The notes under the pieces: generated by a model
Told to the model about the DNA's origin: nothing
What the model saw: the letters and a program-made list of their open reading frames with translations, nothing else
The model's database searches: none
Assembly (NCBI GenBank): GCA_046563655.1
Contig: JAJCTO010000010.1
Span: 1,054,001 to 1,118,000, forward strand
Source: Yuukianura sp. NJ FZ-2021
Lineage: Eukaryota
Direction: 5' to 3'
Length of the DNA: 64,000 nucleotides
Translations under genes and position numbers: made by a program
Shown here: positions 39,802-49,876 of the stretch, piece after piece
Layout of the letters: every line of letters starts with the position of its first letter
Numbering within the stretch: the stretch's first letter is position 1

Positions 39802-40506
39802 ATGAGTTTTCATTTCGAGCTGAGTCATCCGTTTGTGATGGTTTGTGCAGGAGCCACGCAATCTGGAAAGAGTACATTAATTCATCAATTAATTTTGAGA
39901 AAGGATGAAGTGATTGAGCCTAAAATTGAGCGAGTAATCTATTGCTACGGCGAAGATTTGCCTTCGTTTGCAAGTTCTGTGCATGAAGCTTTCAAGGACA
40001 AGGAGGGCGTTTGTGTGGAATTTCAAAAGGGTATGGAGGTGGACGTGGCCGAGGGGAACCGAGTTCCCACTCTCGTAATTCTCGACGACTTTATGGAAGA
40101 GATTGCAATGTCCAAGGAAGTTTGCACAATGGTGACACGAGGGAGTCATCATAGATCAATGTCTCTAATCATCACAATGCAAAACTTTTTCTACAAAAAC
40201 TGCAGAAACTTGACGTTAAACAGCAAATACTTGGCGTTATTTCGAAATCCAAGAGACTCTACAATTGTTCAGTTTCTGGGAAGACAGATGAACAATGGAA
40301 AAAGTCATCCAGTCCTTGAAGCTGCTTACGAGGATGCAACCAAAAACAAGCCAAACAGCTACTTGTTTTTGGACTTGAGTCAACAACAGGATGACGAACA
40401 CCGTTTCCGTTCAAATCTTTTTCCCGACCCGTCATGCATCGTCTATTTGAAAAATAGATTCAAGGTAACTTACCCTCAAGTTCGTTTGAGTTCTAGTAGT
40501 CCTTGA
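39802..40506 (+). CDS. A32/FtsK-like genome packaging ATPase
   Basis: Walker A GATQSGKS, Walker B LVILDD, SHHR and ITMQN motifs. Confidence 0.92.
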   Translation: MSFHFELSHPFVMVCAGATQSGKSTLIHQLILRKDEVIEPKIERVIYCYGEDLPSFASSVHEAFKDKEGVCVEFQKGMEVDVAEGNRVPTLVILDDFMEEIAMSKEVCTMVTRGSHHRSMSLIITMQNFFYKNCRNLTLNSKYLALFRNPRDSTIVQFLGRQMNNGKSHPVLEAAYEDATKNKPNSYLFLDLSQQQDDEHRFRSNLFPDPSCIVYLKNRFKVTYPQVRLSSSSP

Positions 40507-40838
40507 ACTAGACAGTCAAACAAATCTGCAGGAATGCAGATTCCGACACCCGGTTCCGACTGGTTTCGGATGTGAAGATACGAGTTGTCTGTAGTATTTC
40601 CAAGATGATCAGCAAGAAAGAGGGTCCATCCATTCTCGAGCATGACTTGAGGTGGAGGTAGAGGATTTGGGAATTGCTTGCGAATCTCCACAATCATGGG
40701 AACCGATGATACTTTGCGGGTGTGGGCTGGATAATGCTTCTTTTTATTTTGACGAGTTGAGTGTAGAGTGTATGGTGGAGAACTTTCGTGGCCTTCCATG
40801 TCTTCGGATGGTACAAAGGTTGGTCCAGGAGTTGCCAT
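40476..40838 (-). CDS. Small hypothetical protein, possibly PC4-like ssDNA-binding
   Basis: YLHIRNQSEPGVGICIP resembles the PC4 Y.hIR....P..kGI.L pattern; start codon uncertain (the ORF is open to 41003). Confidence 0.4.
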   Translation of the reverse strand: MATPGPTFVPSEDMEGHESSPPYTLHSTRQNKKKHYPAHTRKVSSVPMIVEIRKQFPNPLPPPQVMLENGWTLFLADHLGNTTDNSYLHIRNQSEPGVGICIPADLFDCLVQGLLELKRT

Positions 40839-41018
40839 TTCTTGAGTTGGATGAAGTTTCACAGATTGTCCTCGTGACGATTTGTTCAAGTTGCAGTTGC
40901 AAGAGAAGGATTTACACACTGTGATTGTAGTTGTAGAATTTCGTTTACACAAAAATTCGGAAAATGATCTCCAGATACTAAAAATGCAACCACAGTTCAT
41001 CACCAGTCGACTGTAAGG

Positions 41019-41978
41019 TTAGGAATGAAGAACTTTCTGGAGTTCCGGATCATAAAATACACCAAATATGAACTCTCCTTTCAAATCCTGAAGCTGATAG
41101 CTGGTTGGAGTAGTAAAAAAAACTTTGGAAACCTTGAACTGCTCTCGATTCCAAGACCTCGAGTAGCCTTTTTCAAAGATTTTCTTGATTTTACTAATCA
41201 GAACAGTGTCCCCAACGGAGAATTTCGTGTTTTTCCGACGTTTTACGACTTTGTCTTTGTATAGATTTAGGAAAACATCAGTTTTCGTTTCTTCGTTGAC
41301 TTGATTCGGTGTGCATTTGATGGAAGAGTGGTATGAATTGTTGTAATTCTCAACAATCGCAGGCAGAACGTCGTAAAATTTCTCCGTTTCTTTGTATGTC
41401 ATGTAGCGAGCAATTCTATTCATAAGAGTCTGGTTGAATCTCTCCACAATTACCGCCTTCAACTCGGATCCTGTACTGAACAAATGGATTCCATGCTGTT
41501 TGAGTAACTTCTCCACAGTTTTGTTGATAAACTCTTTGCCCCGATCTACTTGTATGTATTTGCACGCTCCTCGCTTCTCTATAATCTTTGCCAGAGCATT
41601 TCGCACAGTAGGTGCATTTTTATTCTTGAGTGGGATTGCATCCGCAACTTTACTAAACCCATTGATGCAAGTCAACAAGAACTTGTATCCGTTGTTTGAG
41701 TCGCTATACTTGCTTACGTCAATCAGATCTGCTACCATTTGTTGCTTAAGTCCAGGAATGAATACTCTTCGCCTAGGATATCTTTTCCGAGCTCGTTTGT
41801 GCAGAGTATATGCTGGTATGGAGTAGAGTGACCGCTCGACATCTTTTGAATGATTTTTCAAACTTTTTTTAACTTGATATGCACCCGAAAAGCTGTGCTG
41901 GACATTTGGATTTACGTAATCCTCTTTGATTTGTTTGTCTAGCTCTGACATTTTGACGACTAAATTAAAATGCGACAA
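41019..41978 (-). CDS. Retroviral-like (RVE) integrase of the Polinton
   Basis: YTLHK; D in ADLID; D in VDRGKEF; E in VERFN; YNNSYHSSIK; FEKGY. Confidence 0.93.
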   Translation of the reverse strand: MSHFNLVVKMSELDKQIKEDYVNPNVQHSFSGAYQVKKSLKNHSKDVERSLYSIPAYTLHKRARKRYPRRRVFIPGLKQQMVADLIDVSKYSDSNNGYKFLLTCINGFSKVADAIPLKNKNAPTVRNALAKIIEKRGACKYIQVDRGKEFINKTVEKLLKQHGIHLFSTGSELKAVIVERFNQTLMNRIARYMTYKETEKFYDVLPAIVENYNNSYHSSIKCTPNQVNEETKTDVFLNLYKDKVVKRRKNTKFSVGDTVLISKIKKIFEKGYSRSWNREQFKVSKVFFTTPTSYQLQDLKGEFIFGVFYDPELQKVLHS

Positions 41979-42052
41979 GTGTCATGGTCTTTATTGTTAG
42001 CAGCTTCTGGCGTGAAAAGGTTCATTGACGCCCAACTCCTTGACTGGTCAAC

Positions 42053-42420
42053 ATGTCCAAGTGTGTAGCGCAGAACAGAGAGTTTTTGAGCTATTTGTCC
42101 AAAGCAACGTCACCTAAGCAGCGGCGAGAATTGATTAAAAACGCAAGCAAAGAGGAAATTCAAGGCATTTGTGAGTGTATACTTAACGTATACAAAGGGA
42201 ACGTGGGCATCACCGCCAACACTGTCAAACGCCTGAAACCATACAAAAAAACCATTCTCGCAATACTCAAGGGTCGGCGGAGGTCAAGTCTCAAATTTAA
42301 GAAAAAACGACTCTTGTCTCAAAAAGGGGAGCGGTACTACCTCTTTTGTTGGGAGCTGTACTACCCTCTTTAATTAGTTCTGCCGTAGGATTTTTCAAAA
42401 AGAAAACTCAATCGGAATGA
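42053..42420 (+). pseudogene. Conserved small Polinton virion protein (basic, QKGG followed by a hydrophobic helix) with a 1-nt frameshift
   Basis: ICECILNVYKGN motif. Adding one G in the G-run at ~42326-42329 gives QKGGAVLPLLLGAVLPSLISSAVGFFKKK..., whose TGA overlaps the next ATG. Confidence 0.65.
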
Positions 42421-43421
42421 AGCGAATGAGGTTGGTGAACGAAGCAGATTTTCAAAAAATTCAGCAGCAAACCAGATTAGTTGGAAATGACGTTTCTATC
42501 CCTGCCGTCGATTCTGTAGACCCGAAACTGAGCGTGTTGTCAAATTCAAACATACCAGATGACATAAAAACAATTTTGTATCAAGACCTAGCTCGTCGCC
42601 TCCATCAAAAACGTCATATTTTAGAATCCAAACCAATTTTGGTGAAAAATGTTGCGGGTGACCGTGACCGTCAACATGAGGGATTTCAAGAAGACGACGA
42701 CAATGAATCAAATCTTTTTTACGGAACTCAACTTGGAGATAGTATAATTTCCAACCCTAGCATCAGAGTGGAAAATCTTCTAGATGTTACTGAACCATAC
42801 ATTTTGGAGCAGCTAAAAGGAAGTAAAAATGCAAGAAAACTTTTGCATTTGATGCGCTACAATGACATTGTATGGAATGAAAAGTTTGAAGTTTTGATTC
42901 AAAAGCAACGTCTACCAGGCTCTGACATTGTAAACATACTACAATATTTCATAAACCTCAAGGATCGAAAGCATATTAGAGCTCCCGAAGGATTCATACA
43001 AGTTCGAGACCAATTGCAGCGGTACATTTCTCCAAAAATTGTGGATGGATCTGCTCCAAACTCTGGAATTTCGCGCCTAATCACTTCCCCAGCAATATTT
43101 TTTGAGCAAAGAAAACAACAACAGAACCTGGCGGGATCAAATTACAACACACCAAGTGCCAGCCAGAATGAAAGGGGAACCGATGAGGAAGAGGAGGAGG
43201 AAGAGGAAGAAGACGTTTTTGAAGAAAACCCCCAACCACCACCGCCACCACCATTTCAAATTCATCGTCCCTCACCTACTAGAGCTAAAGCTACACCTAT
43301 TGCAAAGAGGCTTGTAAGGAGGGCTGCTAATCCAACTGGAAAGGATGTGTTCCGAAAAGGAGGGACCAAGAGTCAAAAGGGAGGAGGAGGAGCAAACTTT
43401 TGCCGTTGGGAAAAGTTTTGA
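42417..43421 (+). CDS. Polinton hypothetical protein (acidic/Pro-rich tail, terminal Trp motif)
   Basis: 334-aa ORF in the co-oriented gene cluster; IVWNEKFEV...LPGSDIV motif; ends QKGGGG..RWEKF. Confidence 0.75.
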   Translation: MKRMRLVNEADFQKIQQQTRLVGNDVSIPAVDSVDPKLSVLSNSNIPDDIKTILYQDLARRLHQKRHILESKPILVKNVAGDRDRQHEGFQEDDDNESNLFYGTQLGDSIISNPSIRVENLLDVTEPYILEQLKGSKNARKLLHLMRYNDIVWNEKFEVLIQKQRLPGSDIVNILQYFINLKDRKHIRAPEGFIQVRDQLQRYISPKIVDGSAPNSGISRLITSPAIFFEQRKQQQNLAGSNYNTPSASQNERGTDEEEEEEEEEDVFEENPQPPPPPPFQIHRPSPTRAKATPIAKRLVRRAANPTGKDVFRKGGTKSQKGGGGANFCRWEKF

Positions 43422-43791
43422 AGGATACGTGGAGTCGGAGGCAAGGTCCCCCTGCCTGCCCGCGCGAGGGGGCTGATCAGGCAGCCGAACGTTGTGTGGG
43501 GAGGATCCAGCGTGATCATTTTTTGAGGATTCGTGCCCAGCGATTTTGTTCATTCGTGCTTTTGCTTCTTTTGGATCAACACAAATTGTTGAGAAAAGAC
43601 TTTAAGGATTCGTGCCAACCATTCTTGTGGATTCGAGCTTACAATTCTACTCATCCCTACCTACGTATTTTTGGATTTGAGGGTAAGTTTAATTTAGATT
43701 AAAAGGATTCGTGCTAACCAATTTTAAGGATTCGTGCCTCACATTTTTATGGATTCGTGCTTTTATTTAAAAGGATTCGTGCTTTGACAAC

Positions 43792-44731
43792 GATGATGAC
43801 TGCGACTGGTTCGAGTACATCCAACTCTTTCTACGTTACGCTTCAATCGAATACTTCGATGGACTATTTTCCAGGCAATTTAATTTGCGATTTCAAGAAT
43901 AAGTTGGCAAGTTCCATCAGTCTGCCTGGAGATCAATGGGAGGTGGCCTTGACCGACTTGAGCTATACTTATGGAAATGCGTTTGTCGGAGCAGGAAGAA
44001 CAATTTTTACAAAACGGGTCCAGTTGCCACCACCATCTTTTGTCGCCGCGCCAACAGGTGCAGAGACAGTCGCTGCTGCTGTACATGAACTGGATATGAA
44101 TGACAAGAGCAATTCGTTTCGAGAAAGACAGCGCCGCTCTGCTAATCAGCGTGCATTTTCACCTCCAAAAGTTTTGGAAATTCCAATCAAAACACACCGA
44201 CGTTTGATGACTGACACTCAACTATTGAGTTTTCTGCACGATATGCTACCCAACTCTCAGTTTCGAATCGAATCCAGCATCTTCAAGTATCGCATACCCT
44301 TGAAGGAAGGAACTACAATCAAGTTTTCTCCACAAGTAGCCGACATTCTGGGGATGGGTGGAGGAGAATTGCAGACAGCGAACCAAGTCGTCAGAGGAGC
44401 CCTACCTGCAGATGGATTCTATCTTTACGAAGGAGAAGGAGCGTATCCAGTCTTTTTGAATGCTGGACAAACAAAACTTTTCGTCTACTGCAACCTAATC
44501 CGACCTCAATTCATTGGAGATGCTCTTGCACCAATTCTTCGAGTGGTCAACTATGAGGGAAAATTTCGAAAACAACACTCTCATGAATTCACTCATGCCC
44601 ACTACATGCAGCTGGCCGTATCTCAATTTGATACTATTCATTTGTATATAATGAACGAGGTGGGAGAGAGGATGCCATTTGAGTTTGGTAACCTCACGGC
44701 TACACTTCGCTTTCGCGAACGGAAGACATGA
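43792..44731 (+). CDS. Minor capsid (penton-like) protein
   Basis: SFYVTLQSN.SMDYFPGN...F...L...I.L...WEVAL; FVYCNLIRPQFIGD..APILR; TLRFR. Confidence 0.88.
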
Positions 44732-45347
44732 GGTCAACGTCTGGACACCACTCTGCCTCCCTCCCCTACAATTGTGCTGGAGACTTTCCTGTCGATTCAT
44801 TTTTTTCACAAAATCAATTTGGTACTGGATTTTCCCCCACCACAATCTACTTTAGTGGGGTTCGTCGTCAAAAAGGTTAAAAAAAGCAAAATAAAAATTT
44901 AAAAAATGTCAAAATTATGTTTATAATGTTGGTCTTGGTCGAATCAATTATTCTAATTTACGTGACCCGTCAGGGGCTGGTCTTGGAGGAGTTTTTGGTG
45001 CAATTGCACGTCGGCTTTTTCCGTTTCTTAAGCAGTACGTACTGCCACATGCGGCAGATGCCGTAGGAGGTGTCGCCTCTGACTTTATTTTGAACAAAAG
45101 ACCCATCAAGGAATCTCTGAAATCGCACGGCTGGGAAGCACTTAAGAGTATGGGTAGGGATGTTATGAATCAGACGGGTTCGGGCATTCGAGGTGTGAGG
45201 TCAAGGAAACGAGGCATCAAACGACTACGTGGAAAACCAGCAAACGGTCCAAGGCGAAAAAAGTCAAAGAAGGCTAAAAGCAGAAGAAATAAGAGACGCC
45301 GAACAAAGAGTCGTAAGAGAGTCGGTGGAACGAGGTACATTTTCTAA
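44728..45347 (+). CDS. Spliced virion core/membrane-active precursor with an Arg/Lys-rich C-terminus
   Basis: Exons 44728-44875 and 44974-45347 join as YFSGVRRQK-GAGLGGVFGAIARRLFPFLK; GT-AG intron with a CTAAT branch point; ATG overlaps the penton stop. Confidence 0.8.
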
Positions 45348-45348
45348 A

Positions 45349-46701
45349 ATGCCACGCGTAAAAACAACAAAAGGGTACGGAGGGACAACCTCAGGGCCGG
45401 CTGCTCCTTACACTTTTATCCGTTCAGAGACAAATTTGTTTGAAGAACCTGCCTTTGATGTCAGTCTTTTGTCTACAATTCAAACCGAGTATCATCCAAT
45501 TACATCTCTGGCGGACAGTTTGGCTCCCGTCGAATTTTACATTCAAGGAAATGATACACACTTTTTGGACTTGTCCGAGACAAAGTTGTACGTCAAGGCA
45601 AGAATTGTTGCTGAAAATGGAACTGCTCTGGCGGCAGAGGAACTTGTCGCACCTGCAAACAATTTTCTACATACCCTGTTTCAGCAACTCAGCGTTTATT
45701 TCAACGAGACTCTCATCACACCATCCTCAAATCAATACGCCTACCGAAGCTACCTTGAAACTCTACTCGGTTACAACAAGGAATTCAAAAAGTCTCAAGC
45801 CCAGGGTTCTCTATACTACAAAGACAAGGATCCCAGCAGCAAGAGCACAACAGTAGAGGATGGTTACAAAACTCGGTTCGATTTGACAAAGGGAAGCAAG
45901 AGTGTTGAGTTGATTGGACGTCCATTTGGAGACATTTTCGCCCAAAACAAATTTCTCATTCCTGGAATTGATGTTCGCATCAGCTTTCTACGATCCTCTC
46001 CTGCATTTTGTTTAATCGCTGACAAAGCAGATGGAAAGTATCAAGTTCAAATTTCCGAGGCCAGAATCATTGTTCAAAAGCATACTCTTCTTCCCTCACT
46101 CGTAACGTCAATCCTCAAAGAGTGGGAACTAGGGCGATCAATTACATATCCTCTTCGTCGTGTGGAACTCAAAACTTACACGGTTGGACCTGGGAGTTTG
46201 CAAAGCATCAATGAAAATTTGCTGAGTGGGCTCCTTCCAGACAGAATTATAATTGGACTTTTGGAATCGGAAGACTACATGGGTACAATCCCAACGAATC
46301 CCTTCAATTTTTCCCACTTTGACTTTAACCATCTCAACGTTACTGTCAACGGAGATCAAAGTTCATCTCTGGCAATGCATTTGGATTGGGAAGGAGATCA
46401 GTATATTCAGCTTTACAACAATCTCTTTTACGGTCTGGGAATGTCCAACGAAGATGTCGGAATTGACATGACCAGAGCCGAGTATAAGAAACAACCTTTG
46501 ATGATTTACAACTTGCGACATACTCGAGAAGGCTTTGCACCTCCAAAACATGGAAATGTGAAAATTGAATTGAAGTTTAAAAAGGCTGTTGCCAAGGCTA
46601 TTACTGTGATGGTCTATGCCGAATACCAGGCAGTTCTCTACATTGATTCGAGCAAGAACGTCTTTTGGAAAGACTACAGCGCAACCAGCACCACCGGATA
46701 G
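45349..46701 (+). CDS. Major capsid protein (double jelly-roll)
   Basis: EYHPIT...PVEF.I.G..THFLDLS.T.L; NNFLHTLFQQ; YAYRSYLETLL; LPDRIIIG; NPFNF; position between the core protein and the protease. Confidence 0.9.
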   Translation: MPRVKTTKGYGGTTSGPAAPYTFIRSETNLFEEPAFDVSLLSTIQTEYHPITSLADSLAPVEFYIQGNDTHFLDLSETKLYVKARIVAENGTALAAEELVAPANNFLHTLFQQLSVYFNETLITPSSNQYAYRSYLETLLGYNKEFKKSQAQGSLYYKDKDPSSKSTTVEDGYKTRFDLTKGSKSVELIGRPFGDIFAQNKFLIPGIDVRISFLRSSPAFCLIADKADGKYQVQISEARIIVQKHTLLPSLVTSILKEWELGRSITYPLRRVELKTYTVGPGSLQSINENLLSGLLPDRIIIGLLESEDYMGTIPTNPFNFSHFDFNHLNVTVNGDQSSSLAMHLDWEGDQYIQLYNNLFYGLGMSNEDVGIDMTRAEYKKQPLMIYNLRHTREGFAPPKHGNVKIELKFKKAVAKAITVMVYAEYQAVLYIDSSKNVFWKDYSATSTTG

Positions 46702-46708
46702 AGAGACG

Positions 46709-47236
46709 ATGGAGACGCGACAAATTTTCACCTACCTGTCATCATTTTTGAAGTCGACGCAGGCCACTTTTCAAGTCATTCCGTGTGACTATTTGGATCA
46801 CCTTGAGGTTCAGCGTTATCCTCTGCTGCTGGTTGTCAACTCGGATCCGTCCACATTTCCCGGAAGTCATTGGGTGGCCATGTTTCGAGAAAATTCCAAG
46901 GCTTCCCTCAAATTCATCGACTCGTACGGGATGGGTGTGGAGTTTTACGACAAGGCCTTTTCAAACTTTGCATCTCGGCTCCAGACTTCAATTGTGGAAA
47001 ACATCCGGACTCTTCAAAGTCCAAACTCCCAAGTGTGTGGAGAATATGCAATCTATTTCCTCTACAAACTTTACCACACTTGCTGTCTCATGTCCATCTA
47101 CTGCAACTTCAATTCCAACTCCAAAAGAAATGATAGGCTAGTTAGACAATTTGTAAGAAAAAAGCTTAGGAGACTCTCAAAAAACCCTTCTCCTTCCTCA
47201 ACTAACCTTAATCAATGCTGTACTCCATTCAATTAA
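46709..47236 (+). CDS. Adenain-like cysteine maturation protease
   Basis: GSHWVA (His), IDSYG (Asp), LQ...SQVCGEY (Gln/Cys). Confidence 0.92.
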   Translation: METRQIFTYLSSFLKSTQATFQVIPCDYLDHLEVQRYPLLLVVNSDPSTFPGSHWVAMFRENSKASLKFIDSYGMGVEFYDKAFSNFASRLQTSIVENIRTLQSPNSQVCGEYAIYFLYKLYHTCCLMSIYCNFNSNSKRNDRLVRQFVRKKLRRLSKNPSPSSTNLNQCCTPFN

Positions 47237-47455
47237 AAAAACAAATAAAATTTCCAAAATCCAATTCTCTTTTTCGTTCCGAATCAAGTAAAAAGATTAA
47301 AATTTTATTTTAACCACCAAGTGAAAAGGGAGAGATGGAGTTTTAGTCGTGTAGGACGTGTTCCAGCTCCTGGTTGAAGGTTTGAAGGTCGCTGAGGCAA
47401 GTCTCCAGGTAGGAGAAAAAACGGTTTGAGAGTGTGGGAAACTGCTGACGTTGCT

Positions 47456-47989
47456 TCAGTTGGAGTTTGGAATTTCTTCACTCTTACTATCATCAACTTC
47501 GTTTTCGTTCTTGGAATCCCCGCCATCCACTGAGAACGTTGACAAGTCGTTGAGGTCGTCGGAAGTTGAACCATGCTCGGAACATAGCCAACCATAAAAT
47601 TCCTCGTCTTCTACTCCTTCCCCAAATCTCCTAACTCCCCAAACATCTTCGTTCCATTTGTCTTCCTTCATTTCCTTCACCCGATGAAGAATCTTACATT
47701 TTGCAGACTCACCAGCGTACCTCAAATCCCTCTGTTTGTTCAAGTAGTCAATGTTCGCCTCTCCCACAATTTTTTTGAATTCTGGAAGGTTTTTTGGACT
47801 GTTTCCGGCATGAATGTAGCACTGAATTAGTTTTTCAACGATGAAAGGAGTGTCCTTCATGAGGATTTCCGCATGCCAGCCATCTCTCTTGAATGTGACC
47901 TTCTTCTGCCAGCTGAATTCGTCTCTCGTGTACCAACACTTTAACTCCTTCCCTCCCTTCTCACTTGGGTAGTATCGCCCGGCCTCCAT
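47456..47989 (-). CDS. Hypothetical protein with an acidic tail
   Basis: 177-aa ATG-initiated ORF, co-oriented with the neighbouring F-box gene. Confidence 0.6.
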   Translation of the reverse strand: MEAGRYYPSEKGGKELKCWYTRDEFSWQKKVTFKRDGWHAEILMKDTPFIVEKLIQCYIHAGNSPKNLPEFKKIVGEANIDYLNKQRDLRYAGESAKCKILHRVKEMKEDKWNEDVWGVRRFGEGVEDEEFYGWLCSEHGSTSDDLNDLSTFSVDGGDSKNENEVDDSKSEEIPNSN

Positions 47990-48069
47990 AATTTTATTCT
48001 TCTTAAATTTGAACCTCTTTGGTCGAGTGATAAAGTAGAACTAACAAATTTTTTCTCCAAATCACTATC

Positions 48070-49731
48070 CTAATCCGAAAAGTACAAGTTGTGGAGTTCC
48101 GGATAATATCGTTGCCGCTTTCCATGTATGCGACTCCTCCTCTCCTCCTTATCATAATCTGAAATCAGACTCTTCACCTTTTTCAGAAATTCTTGTTTTT
48201 TCCGACCGTCTGGGAAGGTGAAATGGCATACGGATCTTGGATTTCGTGTTGGATGTACACTTGCCATGCCCAAGTACCGTGCAGCAGAAATTATGTCCGT
48301 CCACAGCCGATCATCTTCGTCATTGTTAACAAACGAGGATCCGGAAGTATCTTCCAACCTCAAAATCTTTAAACTCTTGCATTTTTTAACAATGTCAAGA
48401 AACACATGTGCATTCACTCCGCATGTGTCGTCGTAACTGTCGCCAAGTTTATAAAGACAGAGTGTATCCAAATTAGGTAAAGCTGCCACCAAATTGACGA
48501 GATGTTCTCTTTCCAAACGACAACGACCGAGCACCAACTTCCTCAAACCAGGTGGTACAACCAAGTTTAGTGTTGTAGTGAAATACGGATTCCTGATTCC
48601 AAAACCCGGATTAAACGCCAAACGACTTGTACCTTCAAAATGAAGTGACAACTTCAACAAGGACGTACAATCCTTCACCCAATCCAAATTTCCAAGGAGT
48701 CCATGGTCATAATCCAGATATTCAAACCGCATTCTCTTCAGTGTGGAAATTGAATTTTTCACAATGGTGGCTGCTTCCTGAAGATTCATGGATTCCAGCC
48801 CATGCTTGAGTTCCTCGAAAGAATTCGGTAGGGTCAAGAACATCCTCCAAAGTGGGTGAAGTACACGTGCATGTAGCTGGGTACATCTCCATGGTCCACA
48901 TGACACTTTTAGAATTTTTAAATTTGGATACTTTTCCAGCTTTGTAATCGAAACTAGTTCCGAAATTTCCTGTTCAACAAACTTTTTCACACCGCTGCAT
49001 ACGATTTTAAGAACTTGGAGGGTGTCCGAGTGTAAATTCAAGAATTTTATCACGTCACGAAGGTTGTCCACATCCATCAGTTTTCCATCAAAGCTAAACT
49101 GCTGAAGTGTAGAAATTTTGTAAGGGGACGATGTAACAGTCCGAAATATTGTTGGTATGTGCGGTTGGTCAGTGTCATTCTCCCCACGAATCTTCAAACA
49201 CTTCAACTTCTTCAATCGTTTAAACACAGTTTCGTATGCAAAGTTTTCACTCTCCTCAAACAAATTCTCATACTGGTGATTGTAGTTGAAAATTATGGAT
49301 GTTAGCGACGTACAACGTGTCAGAAATTTTCGAATAATTGGGGCATGTCGCACTTCAAAAAATTCAATTTCACGAACCTTTTCGATGTGCTTCAGCTCCA
49401 GAAATTGAGAAACATCCTCCATCTCTGGATTACTTTCAAAAACCCGAAGGGTTAGAGAGCGAATCCTAAGGTTCCAGTGAGGTCGGATTAAATCAATCTT
49501 CATACCAGATCCAACAATATCAACATCGAAGGCGGCTACACCATCGACGACATTTTTCAATTTTCGAGATGTTTCCCTAAGCCTACACAAGTCCTTGTTG
49601 TCCAATTTCTTCATAATCAATCCCAAAATCTATTGAAAAATAGTCAAAATGTCGCAAGGAACAAATTGTTATTAGTAAACATCGATCTCAAAACTCAAAA
49701 CTAATCTTACCTCATTTGGTAAACCCTCCAT
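48070..49731 (-). CDS. Spliced F-box protein with LRR-like repeats (Polinton cargo)
   Basis: Exon 49731-49711 (MEGLPNE), GT-AG intron 49710-49630, exon 49629-48070 (ILGLIMKKLDNKDLCRLRETSRKLKNVV). Repeated L..L.L motifs (LKKLKCLKI, LRKLVLG, LPNLDTLCL, CKSLKILRL). Confidence 0.8.
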
Positions 49732-49876
49732 CTTGTTTAATCACAAAAAAAAACTTAAGAATTTTCCAGAAGGTTGTGTCTCAATTTTTGTATGGTGAAC
49801 AACAAACTTCAAGTTGTTAACAAGTAGTTTTCAAAAAGATTTAGTTTGAGGAAACTTCTTCGTGAAGTATTCGGAA

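Noticed and set aside
45229..45348. N-terminal extensions of the MCP ORF (from 45229) and protease ORF (from 46616)
   Set aside because: They overlap the upstream genes; ATGs at 45349 and 46709 directly follow the upstream stops.
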